From positions 7,848 to 71,847 of IMG/VR virus record IMGVR_UViG_3300028920_002953: DNA of 64,000 nucleotides. One strand, 5' to 3'. The DNA comes from a virus. The position numbers were made by a program, and so were the translations under genes. The notes under the pieces are model-generated. The model saw only the letters and a list, made by a program, of their open reading frames with translations, had not been told where the DNA came from and did no database searches. Positions within the stretch are counted from its first letter, which is position 1; each line of letters starts with the position of its first letter. This document shows positions 63,164 to 64,000 of the stretch, one piece after another.

Positions 63164-64000
63164 CTAAGTGGCAAGATATTTTTTATTTAGGGTGAAATAC
63201 TTGCGTTCCCTGTTATTTTCAAAGATTCTTGTGCAGTCTAAGATAGGTTGACTTACCTCCAACCTCTGCGTGATAATAACCTCGTGACGTTCATTGAATG
63301 ACATGTGCCTATGAAACAAGCAATTGACTCGTGCTATATTAAAATCTTTTTCGTAGTCCGTTTGATTCAATGCAATGCGTATATCCAAATGGCCGTCCTT
63401 TGTCTTACTTTCACTGGTTGACATTTTATCAAGTGAATATTGGGAGCGGCCCATTTTGTTAGCTTGATCTGCATTCAATACCAAACAGTTAAGCTCACCA
63501 GCTAACTTACTGGCATTCTTCCATTTGTTATCAACGTCTAATCTAATCTCTGGATTCTCTTGTGCCATAATATCAAGATAGTCAAGTATGATAATATCAG
63601 GCACCCACTTAGTCCTGTCAATGTATCTTAGGATATACGCCCGGACTTCTTCAAAAGTGACTGAAAACCTTGGAAAACATTTCACACGATAGTTATCCAA
63701 TTGTGCAAATCGTTCATGCCTCTTGACGGCCCTTTTAACTATGCGTGGTGAAACTGTTTTTAAAACTGAATGATCGTACCATATGGTAGGCTGAAAGCGT
63801 TTGCTTGCTGTTGCATTGACTCGGACTTTTGGATTGTCTTTGCATATGTCACATGGAACCCACTTTGTATGATCTTCAAAGTATACTTGCTGTCCGGGGT
63901 TTTCAAATAAACGCTTTTTCTTTTCCCGAGCTTTGCGAAATGTAGATTCGCAAGTACCATGTTGATTGTTTTCGCAATCAAGAACTGGATAGATGTTATC
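63164..64000 (-). CDS. DnaB-like replicative helicase, 5' partial
   Basis: Frame is open from the window edge; PDIIILDYLDIM, LNCLV..ADQAN, SES..K...D..IALN motifs. Confidence 0.85.
   Translation of the reverse strand, partial: DNIYPVLDCENNQHGTCESTFRKAREKKKRLFENPGQQVYFEDHTKWVPCDICKDNPKVRVNATASKRFQPTIWYDHSVLKTVSPRIVKRAVKRHERFAQLDNYRVKCFPRFSVTFEEVRAYILRYIDRTKWVPDIIILDYLDIMAQENPEIRLDVDNKWKNASKLAGELNCLVLNADQANKMGRSQYSLDKMSTSESKTKDGHLDIRIALNQTDYEKDFNIARVNCLFHRHMSFNERHEVIITQRLEVSQPILDCTRIFENNRERKYFTLNKKYLAT

Noticed and set aside
63760-63981. 73-aa minus-strand ORF, suggesting a frameshifted helicase
   Set aside because: The helicase frame itself is open from 64000 to 63164, so this is an alternative-frame artefact
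1-64000. Stop-codon reassignment
   Set aside because: Standard-code ORFs tile both modules with tight overlaps, and TAA, TAG and TGA all end genes

Overview
This is a 64 kb piece of a large tailed dsDNA phage genome. It is probably a siphovirus (tail tube and tape measure present, no sheath in the window), uses the standard genetic code and is very densely coded in two convergent modules. The + strand (1-33040) holds neck and tail genes, a -1 frameshifting tail assembly chaperone plus a paralogous second chaperone, tape measure, Dit/hub/spike-like proteins, and very large modular fibre/adhesin proteins (SPRY, LamG/DUF2341-like and CAP domains) joined by long poly-serine linkers. A GT-A glycosyltransferase and a radical SAM/SPASM enzyme sit in the middle of that operon. 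The - strand (33132-64000) holds a GH108 endolysin, Endo IV, a second glycosyltransferase, Holliday junction resolvase, a Rad50/SbcC split around Mre11/SbcD, flap exonuclease, RecA, gp32-like SSB, UvsY, a DnaE fused to uracil-DNA glycosylase, a possible DNA-modification cluster, a T4/archaeal-type clamp and clamp loader, and a DnaB-like helicase. Best leads: (1) a candidate virion glycosylation/tailoring system acting on poly-Ser linkers; (2) a short basic tag ([RK][KT]I[KR]RR) on the ends of many unrelated replication-module proteins; (3) two highly structured RNAs filling the only two large non-coding gaps, one with its own promoter and terminator; (4) a C-family polymerase that appears adapted to a PCNA/gp45-type clamp. 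All family assignments come from recognising motifs by eye; no searches were run.
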